From the NCBI GenBank assembly GCA_951406725.2, contig OX597816.1, positions 150,226,001 to 150,290,000 of the forward strand: a DNA stretch of 64,000 nt. The letters are read 5' to 3'. The stretch is from Octopus vulgaris. Its lineage: Eukaryota. The notes under the pieces were generated by a model that saw nothing but the letters and a program-made list of their open reading frames with translations, was not told where the DNA came from and searched no databases. Shown here piece after piece: positions 1-12,356 of the stretch (the first letter of the stretch is position 1; each line of letters begins with the position of its first letter). The translations under genes were made by a program, and so were the position numbers.

Positions 1-318
1 TTGTGCAAAAAACATTGTACAACTTGCTTAAGAAGTGCTATGTCACACAGTAGTAAGACATAAAGATTGTAAGCTTTGTGTAGGCTGGAGAAAATAAAGT
101 GAGCATGATTTGAAGATTGTGTTATATTTCAAGTGTGATTTATGATAAGGAATATGGCAAACTAATAACTAATCCAACCTATGCCGAACCATTGCTAAGT
201 GTTCAGGACATAGGTAGGCATATATATATATATCATATGAACTTACTAACTCTACTGGCATAAAAATGCAAACTAAGATATGGACGATGAGCATATTCAA
301 CAAAATTCAGTTTTTGAT

Positions 319-319
319 G

Positions 320-368
<49 letters not shown>

Positions 369-722
369 AATTATTGTATACAGTGTTCAGGTGCACCACA
401 ACTTGTCAAAAGTGCATATAAAGTATATGCAGTAATGTACAAATGTCTGGAAAGTAAACAGTGTATGAGTCAGATACATGCTTGCGTGTGTATGGAGGAG
501 AGAAAATCAGGTGTAATGTTGGCGAATCTCAGGAAGCATGAAAGTTTTGAAGGATGCAGTGCTCCGACAACTAACAACTGATGCCGGCAGTTTGTTCCAT
601 ACTTCAGCAACTCTTAGTGTGAAAAAATGTTTCCAAAAGTCATGGGAGCTGTGCTGCTTTCTGACTTTGTAAACATGTCCACGGGTGTTAGACGAGTGGA
701 GTTTGAAAAGGTGCTCAGAGTT
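319..722 (-). mobile_element. CR1-clade LINE 3' fragment with (ATT)n tail
   Basis: Minus strand translates SNTRGHVYKVRKQHSSHDFWKHFFTLRVAEVWNKLPASVVSCRSTASFKTF, matching the CR1 ORF2 C-terminal TRGH..FF..RV..WN.LP..VV...FK pattern. It is followed by a (TAA)n run at about 320-365. Confidence 0.8.
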
Positions 723-1659
723 ATGCTTCTCACTAGCACTAACTAGTATAAGTACAAAACAGACAAGTCACTGCACAAAATTTCTAGCTTGCTACAGTCT
801 CTCAGGTGATAATGCACAAGTGTGCATGTATGTATACATATACATATGTGTATATTTGTAAATACATACCTTACACACAAACTTAAAACATATGTTTATT
901 CAAAAACACAAACATATATACAGACACATGCATAAACATTTACAGGGAAAGAGAAAAAGCAAGAAATATATATTGTGTGATAAAGAGATATTCTATGTGA
1001 TATATATATAGTGTGCCTGTATAAGAGAGATAACTAAAATAGCATGTAAAATAGGAGAAAATAGCAAGATTGACTGATTATATGCATGTATTTATGAAAG
1101 AGAAAAAATGAAACAATGAGGAGAAATTATGCATATATTACTATTAAATGTGTGTGGGTGTGTATATGTGTGTGTGAGAGAGAGAGAGCTGAAGAGAAGA
1201 AATGATTATAACGTGCACATTATTTTGTCAATCAGGAATAATGAAAGCTAAAGTATGGCTGTGATGAAGTGGGAAGAAAATAATATAAAATAAAGCTGAC
1301 AACTTTTATCAAATTGTAATAATTGATAAGTAATATCTACCTAAAAAGGAAAAGAAGGCAAATGACACAGCAGAAGAAAAGCAGGCAGACAGGAAATTCT
1401 TAGAAATCACTGCCTTGAGGAAGTCTATGTGGTTTTGAGTAGCCCTAAGATTGATAACAAAACTATTTTTTAAAAAATTATGAAGAGAAGCTCAATGATG
1501 TTACACAGTTGTTACTGCAAACAATTTTTTTTTTTCATGTTCAGTTTTTTTTACACTATTTGTAGTTATTTAAAATTGTTAGTTTTTCTTAAGTTTCATG
1601 ATTAATGACTCATACGGTGATAAAACTACTACTACTACATGTATCATAATAATAATAAT

Positions 1660-2075
1660 ATTCCTTTCTATTATAGACACAAAGCTTGAACTTTTGGGTA
1701 AGGGGGGAAAATCAACTTCACTGACCCCAGTGCTCAAGTAGCAATTATTTTATTGAATCTGAAAGGATGAAAGGCAAAGTTGACCTTGGTGGCATATGAA
1801 CTCAGATTATCAAGATGAATGAAGTGCTGCTTGGCATTTTGTCTGGCATGCTAACAAAGCTGCCAGCTTACTGCCTTAATAATTCTTTCTACTATAGTCA
1901 TAAAGCCTAAAATTTTTGGGGAGAGGTTCAGCTAAATACATCAACCCCAATACTCTGCTGGTACCTGTCTTGACCCCATAAGGATAAAAGGCAAAGATGA
2001 CTTCAACAGAATTTAAACTCAGAATATCAAGACATACAAAATGCCATTAAGCATCTTGTTCAGTTTGCTGCCTTA
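1660..2075 (-). mobile_element. Two adjacent decayed copies of tRNA-derived SINE family A
   Basis: Both contain variants of GAAAGGATGAAAGGCAAAGTTGACC..GAACTCAGA, the reverse complement of the intact copy at 53607. CpGs have decayed to TpG/CpA. Confidence 0.75.
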
Positions 2076-2084
2076 ATAATAATA

Positions 2085-3555
2085 AAGCAAGCCAGAATCA
2101 ACACCAAACTGGATTCTGAAAGGACAAGTAAACCCTAATTCCCCAAAATAAAGACACTGTACACCCACAAAATTATAGGCTAATAACCTGCCTATCAACT
2201 ATCTACAAAACCCTCACATCAGTCATCTATAACTGGCTTATAACCTGGAAAATAACAATGTCTTATCAGAAGAACAAAATACATGCTAGAGAGGGATGTC
2301 TGGTTGAAAGGAGCAACTGCTGGTAAATCAAACCATTATAGAGGACTGTAAGAGGAGAGAGACAAACCTCAACATAACTTGGAGTGATTACCAGAAGGCA
2401 TTCAACAGTATATCATGGATACTGGAATCTCTCCACACAAATAAAGTAGCTTCAACACAACAAGAAATAAAACTTGCAATGGTAAACTGGAAAGCCAGAA
2501 TAACACTGAAAAATGAATCACAAGTCATTAAAACATGCCCTGTACCCATATGAAGAAAGATTTTCTAAGGAGACTCGCTGTCACCTCTGCTTTTCTGCTT
2601 TGCTCTGACCCCACTAACAAACGTGTTAAATGAAACCACCATGGATTATACATGCTATGGACAAACAATAAACCAGTTCACTAAAAATGCCACAGAACAG
2701 AGAAACCTTCTAAAAATTGTCCATAGTTACAGTAAGGACACTGAGATGAGCATGGAGCTGGACAAATGTGCCAAACTACACTGATACATTGATCTCACAT
2801 GACAACATAACAAAAAAGGTCAAAGAGACAAAAAACAACATGAAAACAGAACTACAAAACATACTAAAGAAGAAATGGGGAGAAAAATCGTTCCATGGCC
2901 AATACCCTGCAAGGTTTGACAGAGAAGAAGCAAACCTAAGTAAAAGCCAACAATGGCTCAAGAACTCTGGACTAAAAGCTGAAATGGAAGGACAAGACTG
3001 ATGCCTGACCACAAACAACTATAAAAGCAAACTAATGAAAACAAGCCCTAACACCAAATGCAGAATATGCAACCATCATAATGAGACAGTTGACCATATC
3101 ATCTCTGGTTGTCCAGTCCATGACAAATCTGAATATATATAGAGACATGACTAAGTAGTTATATCCATTGGAAAATATGCCAACACTACAACATAAAAAC
3201 TGACAATAAATGGTATAGACATGTGCCAAATATGACAACAACCAGGCCACAATCATCTGGGATATGCCTGCTTAAACTGACAAAGAAATAAAGCTAATCG
3301 CCCAGACAACAATCAAGGACTGGAAAAAAACCCACCTGCTTACTGATAGACATTGAGGTATTTTTGACTAAAATATTGCTCATAGAGAAGTGGAGAAACT
3401 GTCAAAGTACAAAGACCTCAAAACTGGAGTATACAAGTTGCTGGAAAACATAGGTGGAATTGGCTGAAGAAGGAAACACTGAAAAAAGAGAGTCAGGGCA
3501 CTGTACTGGCAACATAAGACCAAGCTTTGGTTATGAATTGGAGGATCAACCTTAG
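2085..3555 (+). mobile_element. Degenerate RLE-type LINE (R4/Dong/NeSL-like): RT, CCHC finger and restriction-like endonuclease
   Basis: Broken frames give IF*GDSLSPLLFCFALTPL (about 2560), FHGQY, KCRICNHHNETVDHIISGCP (about 3057), RHD, ANRPD, CLLIDI and EKLSKYKDL. There are many stops and frameshifts. Confidence 0.85.
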
Positions 3556-3607
3556 GAATGAGCAAGTGTCTTCACTGTGCTGCATCTGTAATAGAGTGGA
3601 CGAAACC

Positions 3608-3659
<52 letters not shown>

Positions 3660-3661
<2 letters not shown>

Positions 3662-4818
3662 CAAGGTTGACCATGGAATGATATGTCACAAAACACGGGC
3701 ACTCGGCATCACAGGTAAAGTCAGAGAGTGGCTCCATGATTTCCTAAGGACAGGAGCCAAACTGTGGCAGCCAACAGAGCTCTCTCCACAGAGACACCAA
3801 TAATGAGTGGAGTGCCCCAGGGCACTGTGCTGGGGCCACTGCTTTTCATGGTAGCTCTATCGGATATGCCATCAGTGACAGAGGCAGTCATGCTTACCAG
3901 CTATGCCGACAACACAAAAGTCGCACAGTCAGTCATGGAAACCTCTGATGCTATGCTCTTATAGAAAGATTTAGATGCCATCTATACATGGGCTGAGGAT
4001 AACATGCAATTTAATGCAAGTAAATTCCAGGCCCTCCGCTACCAGTTAAGCACTGCTCAGGAATCCCGACATCAGTACGTTGAACCAAGTGGAGCAACGA
4101 TCCCAGAATCAAATAAAGTGCGTGATCTTGGAATAGAAATGCGCAACAAAATGGTAGCAGTATCCAGAAGACTGGCTGGTTGGATTCTGAGAACCTTCCA
4201 GACAAGGGAGCAAGAAACTATGATGACACTATGGAAGTCATTTATCCTCAGCTGACTGGACTACTGCTCTCAGCTATGGTTACCTTATACTACAAGGACG
4301 ATAGCAGAGCTTGAAGCAGTTCAACGACATTACACAAAGAAAATTGCATCAATGGAACGATTGAGCTACTGGGACAGGTTGAAAGAGCTGCGACTCTATT
4401 CCCTGACACAAAGGCAAGAAAGGTATGCAGTGATATATATATGGAAGATACTGGAAGAATTGGTACCAAACTTTGCAATAAAGAGCTATACCAGACCATG
4501 AACAGGATGTCACTGTGCTGTCCCCATTGTGCCGACTGCTTCATCTTGGGCAAGGCCGATGTACTGCCCACAGTTGTTTAACTGTCTGCCAAAGCATCTG
4601 AGGAGCCTCAATGGAGTGGATGTAGACGTTTTCAAATGTGAAGTTGACCTCTGGCTTGCCGGGATCCCGGATGAGCCAATATCTAAGCAAGAATCTCAAA
4701 AGAGGGCAGTAACATCAAACTCCATCCTTCACCAAAAGCCGCTCCGACAAAGGTGGAAAGTGGAAAGATGATTACAATGACAGTGCTCCAGCATGGCCAC
4801 AGTCATTGAACTGAAATA
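3660..4818 (+). mobile_element. 5'-truncated CR1/L2-group LINE (RT C-terminal half plus 3' tail)
   Basis: Motifs SGVPQGTVLGPLLF, YADNTK, MQFNASKFQ, VRDLGI, ILRTF and GPQLFNCLP-like, with frameshifts and stops. It ends in GTGCTCCAGCATGGCCACAGTC..ACTGAAA. Confidence 0.85.
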
Positions 4819-4822
4819 TATA

Positions 4823-5103
4823 GGGCAGCGGTCTTGCGGTCATAGGATCGCGGTTTCGATTCCCAGACCGGGCGTTGTGAGTGTTTATTGAGCAAAAACA
4901 CCTTAAAAGCTCCACGAGGCTCCAGCAGCGGCTGGTGATCCCTGCTGTACTCTTTCACCACTCTTTCTTTCACTCTTTCTTCTGTTGGCCTGCTTGCTTA
5001 GCCAGCAGGGTGGCGTCATTCGAAGGCTAAAACAATGCGAACGCATTGTGACCAGCGATGTGTAACAGCATCTGATGGTCTGGTCGGTCACGTGATCACG
5101 TGA
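4823..5103 (+). mobile_element. Young tRNA-headed SINE
   Basis: B-box-like GGTTTCGATTCCC at about 4852. The body is CpG-rich in a CpG-poor neighbourhood, ends in CACGTGATCACGTGAT and is flanked by TA-rich sequence. Confidence 0.65.
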
Positions 5104-5189
5104 TATAAATATATATATTTATATTGTATATAAATATATATATTTATATTGTATATAAATATATATATTTATATGGAGAGGATTGACCT

Positions 5190-6101
5190 GTAAGAGTCCT
5201 TAAGCTGGTGCCATGTAAATGCACCTGTACAGTGCCACATAAAAGCACCTGTGCAGTGCCGTGTATAAACACATGTGATGCCATGTAAAAGAACCCATGT
5301 GGTATCATGTAAAAGAACCCAGTAAAGCGGTTGACGTTGGGAAGGGAATCCAGCCATAGAAACCCAATCCAAATCAGACTGCAGCCTAGTGCAGCTCTCT
5401 CGCTTGCCAGTTCTGGTAAACCCATCCAACCCATGCAAGCATAGACTGAGGACATTAAATGATGATGATGATTATGATGATTTGATGCATATGATGCATA
5501 TATATATATATCAAACGTTGGGCCTCACAGAAGCAATGACGAAAGACCGAGATCTCTGGAGATATGCTGTGACTGCAAAGACCCGACAAATAACCTGAGA
5601 TCATGGCTGTTTCCAGCACCAGTTTCACATAGCAGCCCCAGCCCATCCAAAGTACCTTGGATTGCAGAACGACCTGCACTGCTTACCTTGGATCGTAGGG
5701 TGACCTGCTGTGCTTGAGGAGACCTATTGAGTCAAGTACATCAACATCAAAATAAATATCAAATGGAAATTGTAGTTGTGATACCTGTGCCGGTGGCACG
5801 TAAAAAGCACCATCTGAATGTGGCCGATGCCAGCGCCACCTTGACTGGCTTCTGTGCCGGTGGCACGTAAAAAGCACCAACTGATCGTGGTCACTGCCAG
5901 CCTCCCCTGGCACCCGTGCCAGTGGCACGTAAAAAGCACCCACTACATCTACGGAGTTGTTGGAGTTAGGAAGGGCATCCAGCTGTAGAAACACTGCCAA
6001 ATCAGACTGGAGCCAGGTGCAGCCACCTGGCTTCCCAGACCCGGTCGAACCATCCAACATGTGTTAGCATGGAAGACGGACATTAAACGACGATGATGAT
6101 G
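5190..6101 (+). mobile_element. Two RTE-X-type LINE 3' ends (family B) with (GAT)n tails
   Basis: 5500-5600 encodes TLGLTEAMTKDRDLWRYAV, the RTE-X ORF2 end. Then come repeated GTGCCGGTGGCACGTAAAAAGCAC units and AGGAAGGGCATCCAGCTGTAGAAAC...(GAT)n, the same layout as 22980-23520. Confidence 0.75.
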
Positions 6102-7317
6102 ATATATATTTGTGCATATGCAATGTTTTATTGAAACTATAAAGAGTCATAAATTGTTACTCAGTTTCATGTAGTTGATCATCAGATAGTCAAGTGTACT
6201 TAAAGTAATGCAATGGTTTATAAGTATTTTTATGCATATATACATATGCATGTATACATACATATATATATGTATGTATATATATATATCACCAGCTTTT
6301 AACCAATCTTCTCTTTGATAGAATGTAGAGAACTGTATCATGCTCCAGTGTTTACTTTGACAATGTTTCTACAGCTTGATACCCTTTCTAATGCCATTCA
6401 ATTAACAGCATGTACTAGCAAGGTACTTATGTATCTCAGAAGACAAGACTTCTATTGGTGGGGTGGAGCTACATAGAAATGGAGGCAGCTTTATGCTAGG
6501 TGATATAAGGTTAGAATATGTAGGAAATGGTGTTTCTTTCTGTAGAAGTGATTCTTGATTGCTCACATTCAACAAGAGTGGGTGGGAGTAGTTATGAGGA
6601 TCTAGAAAGAGAAGTAAAGATGTTGGTGACAATGTGGTCCCTGGGGGAAGAAGAACAAAAGGGTTAATGGATAGGAGTAGCAAGAGTATGTGTAGAGAAA
6701 ATAAAGTATGGTAAGAAATGAGGCTGGGGTGCGAATATATTGAATGATGAATGAGGGTTTAGGCAGTGGGTATCCATGATAAATATGAGATGTTTGGAAT
6801 ATATATGAATATATATACGTGTGTGTGTGTGTGTACATACACATATATACAAATATATAAATATATATATATATATACTGTATGTATATGTATGTGTGTG
6901 TGTGTGTGTGTGCCTATATATATATATACACACAGTTGTACATATGTAATCTATTTTTGTATGTGCAAAATTGTGTGTTTGTTTTGCATGTATGGAGATA
7001 AAGAAAAAGAGGGAGAGTAGGAGATTCACATGAAATGGAATGTTCTTGTTCTATGTAATCTAATGTGCATGAAGAAACAAGAAACAAATAAATATCAACA
7101 ACAAAGGCAGCAAGGTAAATAAAAGGAAATGTAAAAGCAAAACAAAAAAAAAAATACTTAGAGATAAAGGAAGCTGATCTAGAAGGTTAATATCTTTAAG
7201 TAATCAGTTGAATGAGTGAGGAGAGAGAGAGAAAGACAGAGAAGAAGAGAGAAAGTTAGAATGTGTGTATGTGTATGATCAAGGGATAGAGAGTGTGATA
7301 AAACACAGAGCAAATGA

Positions 7318-7371
<54 letters not shown>

Positions 7372-7454
7372 AAACACTGTTAGGAAAAAAAACAGTTAAA
7401 TATAACAAAATGAATGCTAGTCTATAGTTCACAGCTAAAACTCTCTCATATTCA

Positions 7455-9055
7455 GAGTAGTGGCAGCAGTAATGGTGGTGGTGGATGTAGTAGTTAAAGT
7501 GCAGGTGATGTTGCTACTGCTGCTGATAGTGGTGGTGGTGGTAACAGTGACAGCAAAGGTGGTTGATATGATGGTTATGATAGAAGCAATGAGATTACAG
7601 ATGTGGTGGTGATCATTTCCGAAGTTGACAACAGGTGGTGATAGTGGTGATGCTTCGATGATTGCAGCAGCAACAGTGATAGTGGTAGCGTCTGTGAAGC
7701 AGCTAAGGAGAAGAGAATATAATTATGATGATGATGACAACAAAGACAACAATGATCGTGATGTTAGTGGTTACAGTGGTAGAATGATGTTTGTAGTTGT
7801 AGCAATGAGTGAAAGACAGTCAAAGCAACAAGGGAATGGCAGCTACTCCAGCATCATCATAATAATCACAACTAGTGCTACTACTGTTAAAAATAATAAT
7901 AATGATAATAATATGCTAAACATAATTTCTACTTCGACTGATGATATTTATAAAGCAACATGGGAACCTCTACGTAGTTGCTGAACCTGCTAGAAAAAGC
8001 AGCTATATCTTCTTTTACTCACATCATAGTTTTAAATAAGGACACAGTAGTCCTAGATACCTCGACACAGATGGTCATGGATAAAATACTTTTGATCAAC
8101 ACTGACCAAAAGCTAAATGACAACTGATGATGATGAGGACTATAGTAGTAGTAGTAGTAGTAGCAGCAGTAAACAGTGGTAGTAGTGGTGGTGGGTGAAT
8201 GTATTGTCTGCATCAGTAGTAGTATATAATGACAAAAGTAATGACAGTAGGTTGTGGAGGCAAGAATATGACAATATAAAGCTACAGGTAGGAACCTTTC
8301 ATTTGTTAGTGTTATTAAAGATGAATGATGGCAATGATGAGGACAATAACAATCATGACAATGACAATGATGATGGCAATGATGACGATGAGATCAGTGA
8401 CAATGGTGACAATGGTGATGATTATGATGATAATGGTGATGAAGATGATGTGGATAATGACGATGGCAACAATAGTGATGATGATGATATAATGGCGACA
8501 TTGGTACTATTGACGTGAGTATTAATCAATAAAACAAAAATCATAACAAAAATATAGTCTATGCTGAAGTAATAATATCTACTAGAAAGAATTATTGCCG
8601 TTGTTAGTGTCATGGTCGTAGTTGTAGTAGTAGTAGTAATGAAAGTAGTTAGGAAGGTGGTGTTGGTGGTAGTGTTGATGGAAGGCTGTTGTGAGAGTAT
8701 TAGTATTAACAGTAGTAGCAGTGGTGGTGAAACTTGTTTGGAGGTGGTGCTGATAATGTTGATGGAGAACTTTGTAGTAATAGTAGTAGCTGTCAAGGAG
8801 GTGGTAGTATCAAAAGTAGTAGTAGTGATGGTAGTGAAAGTTTTTTTTTCGTGGGGGTGGTAGTAATGAAAATATTAGTAGTTGTAGCGGCTATCATGGC
8901 AGTAATAGTATTAAAAGCTAGAACAGTGGTGGTGAAAGTAGTTATAAAGGTGATGGTGGCTGTAGTGGTAATATTGTAGTAGGTGTAGAGTTGATTGTTA
9001 CAGTAGAGGTGGTGGTTATAATAATAATGGAAGTAGTAGTAGTAGCAGCAGTAGA
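7455..9055. repeat. Long degenerate trinucleotide low-complexity tract (GTA/GTG/GAT/AAT)
   Basis: About 1.6 kb of interspersed (GTA)n, (GGT)n and (GAT)n, which produces spurious poly-V, poly-D and poly-T ORFs. Confidence 0.8.
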
Positions 9056-9964
9056 TTTCACATTGCTACAAACTTCTAACTGTAGACTGTATATGTTAAA
9101 TAAACCAAGATGTAGAAAAATGTGTCTAGAAGTGTGTATGCATACAGGTATGTATTAATTCATGTATGCATGCATATGTGTAACAGTGTAGGCATACTTG
9201 TGTTCAGTGACAATAAGAGATATTGGATGTAAGAGTGTACATATACATGTGTATATGCATCATGTGCAAAATTGTAGGCATACTGACATGCAGCGACAAT
9301 GTGAGAGACTGTAAGGTGCTATATATTTGTGTGTGTATTAATTCTCATATATATATATATATATGTGTGTGCAACTGTGTATGTGTACTGGTGTGCATTG
9401 ACATCAAGTAAAACCTATATGAAATGTTACTACAAGACTCTACAAATTGACTAAAATACAGTGAGCCTTTCCTCAGTAAATTAGTGAAAAGGTCAATTAA
9501 ACCGACTAAAGAATCTACAGGTTTACATTTCTAATCCTTCAAATTATACTGCAAAACTAGTAGTTCACATCTATCTGATGTACACACCAGAAAAATTCTC
9601 TAAGTCTTCAATCTTGAAAAAGAAAGGGAGAATATGAATTTGTAGTGTTTGTGTGCAACATACTAATGAAATTTCACAAAGAACTTACAGTTGCACACAG
9701 CAAGAAATCAACTAGATGTAAACTACTTAAGTGATGGTTGGTATAGATGTTAGAGAAACTTCTAATGAAGTATGTTAGACATCACTGTAGTGGATTTCAG
9801 ATTCTATAATGGCCTTTTCCAGCTTCACAAAATTTATGATGAGCCCATGAAAGCTATGTCTCTTATTGACAAACATTGAAATAAAATTAAAATTATTTAA
9901 AAGATTGATTATATTTCACCACCCTTAATGAAACATGAATGATTTTATAAACTCATATCGTAAA

Positions 9965-10157
9965 ACGTGCCGGTGGCACGTAAAAAGTACCCACTACACT
10001 CTCAGAGCAGTTGGCATTAGGAAGGGCATCTAGCTGTAGAAACTCTGCCAGATCAAGATTGGAGCCTGGTGCAGCCATCTGGTTCGCCAGCCCTCAGTCA
10101 AAATCGTCCAACCCATGCTAGCCTGGAAAGTGGATGTTAAACGATGATGATGATGAT
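9965..10157 (+). mobile_element. Family B (RTE-X 3'-end-like) short element
   Basis: GTGCCGGTGGCACGTAAAAAG...AGGAAGGGCATCTAGCTGTAGAAAC...CCAACCCATGCTAGC...(GAT)n. Confidence 0.8.
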
Positions 10158-11931
10158 ATTAACTGCTCATCAATCTTAACTAGGATCACACTAAGATGTT
10201 ACCATTAATGAATTGTCACAAACTTCAGTTGTTATATGATCAAACCTGATACATAAGACAAGGGAAACTATATAAAGATAAAGGTGAGTGTAAGTAAATC
10301 AGGATTAAGTTGGATATCATGTTTCGTCTGAGGTATACATAGATGGCAATGTAATTAATAATGCACGTGTATTTTAGGCAGATTGTAATTTGATATTATT
10401 TCAGGCAGTGTCATATGATACGTAAGACAGATTGTGAATGAGTATTTTAAGAAAATTAAGTATGTTGACATACAGGCTAAGAGACTCTAATTACTCATAT
10501 TTTGTTATTCTAAAAGCTAAATTAAAGATTAAGAGAAAGACCAATAGTAGTAGGATCAATAGAAATGGTAACATGAAAATATTTTGACAACAGTTAACAA
10601 GAATAGTTTTCATGTTTTTTATAGTATAACATCTTAGGAAACTATACAACTGAACTGGAAACAAATGTGACATATGATAACTGAACAATAACATAAATCT
10701 CAAGAATAAACCCACATTCAAATGAGTTTTGAATGTAGCTGGAAATTAAGATGCATTAAATGCTGTTACCAAAGGATACCAGAAAGCATAGAAGTAAAGT
10801 TAGAGAATGAAGTTAGAAAAGACTCAGAAGTATTTTAGTTAACCCCAGTTGTTGAAAGAAAACTTTCTTAAAACTTTCAATACACAGTTTTATAGGAAAT
10901 AAATATAAAAACATGCATAAAATTAAATATTACATAGAAAGTGACTAAATTTTAGAACCAAATTTCAGTCTTCAATATAGTATATTAGAAGCAGATTTGA
11001 CCATAGACTGAAGCTGTTGCATTATTCTTTTCATTAATGCTACTTTTTGTTTTTTTAAGTCAATAATTTAACTCCAACCATTATCTCCTACTTTAACACC
11101 ATCAACATGTGTTAGCTACAGCAAATCTAATAAACTAAATATATTTTGTTCATTTATTTCAGTGTTTGGAGCTATGTATCCATGAAGTCTGCTAGGCATT
11201 TCCTTGAGCCTAATGACCTTATCAATATGCTATCACCTTCAAACATTGTATCATCTGACAAACTCAAGTCTTTTGGCTTTGTTTTAAATAAATCAATTCA
11301 TCAATATAGAAAAGTGCAGTTGTGCTTTGTCTCTTCATAACTTTTAACTATCACTCTATTACTTTCACTTCTTATCTAATTAACATCATGCAAACAATTA
11401 TGAATTGCTGTCACTTTAATCAACTTGAATAACTTTCCTTTCTGCTATAAATATTGGAGTTTCAGTAAAAGATGACAACAGCTGCCTTAGGTTTCAGGAA
11501 AGAAAAATTAAAAAGCTCAATGCAGGTAGACTACAACTGAAGCTGATTATTGGCCTATTTCCTCACCAAAACTAAATCATGCAAAAGTCCACAATACAGC
11601 TATGTCAAGAGATTACACAAAATAAAGTATTTCAACTGCTTTAGTTTTATAATATAAATTGTCATTTCAAATTTGAAATACACACACACATATAATATAT
11701 ATCACAGTTTCATTCCATACTTGATTACAAATGCCTGATGAATGAGAACGTGAAACTCTAAATAGCAGTTTTTTGTGATGTTTTTACAACTTTAATAAAA
11801 AAAAAAGTACATACATACAATATATATATATATATATATATATAAGATTCAGTTGAATTAGGTACTTAAGTTGAGGCACTAAGTCAGTCTGGTATTATCT
11901 GCACAGCTCAAAGTAAGGTGAATAAAAAGCA

Positions 11932-12001
11932 AATAAGTAACAAGGATGTCAAAGTATTTGTACATTGCGGCACTAATACCTTGATATCCTTGTTACTTAT
12001 T
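11932..12001. repeat. 70-bp near-perfect inverted repeat (hairpin)
   Basis: AATAAGTAACAAGGATGTCAAAGTATTTGTAC, loop ATTGCG, then GCACTAATACCTTGATATCCTTGTTACTTATT. Confidence 0.85.
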
Positions 12002-12035
12002 ATCTTTAAAGCCAGGAATTTTTCAGCCCCCCCTC

Positions 12036-12097
12036 ATGTGTGTGTGTGTATATATATATATACATACATGTATGTATATATATATATATACATACAT

Positions 12098-12140
<43 letters not shown>

Positions 12141-12163
12141 TACATATATATATACATATATAC

Positions 12164-12220
<57 letters not shown>

Positions 12221-12258
12221 TACATACATATATATATACATATATACACATACATGTG

Positions 12259-12290
<32 letters not shown>

Positions 12291-12356
12291 TACATACATA
12301 TATATATACATATATACACATACATGTATATATATACATATATATATATATATATA
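12036..12356. repeat. Compound (TA)n/(CA)n microsatellite with higher-order repetition
   Basis: A unit of (TA)n-(CA)n-TACATATATATACATATATACACATACATGT recurs about every 70-80 bp. Confidence 0.9.

Noticed and set aside
5780-5945. Palindromic repeats with variable spacers resembling a CRISPR array
   Set aside because: The context is eukaryotic, there are only about 3 degenerate units and no cas genes, and the repeats are part of an RTE-X 3' UTR.
8195-8979. Asp-rich and Val-rich ORFs
   Set aside because: They are products of the trinucleotide low-complexity tract, with no domain or splice support.
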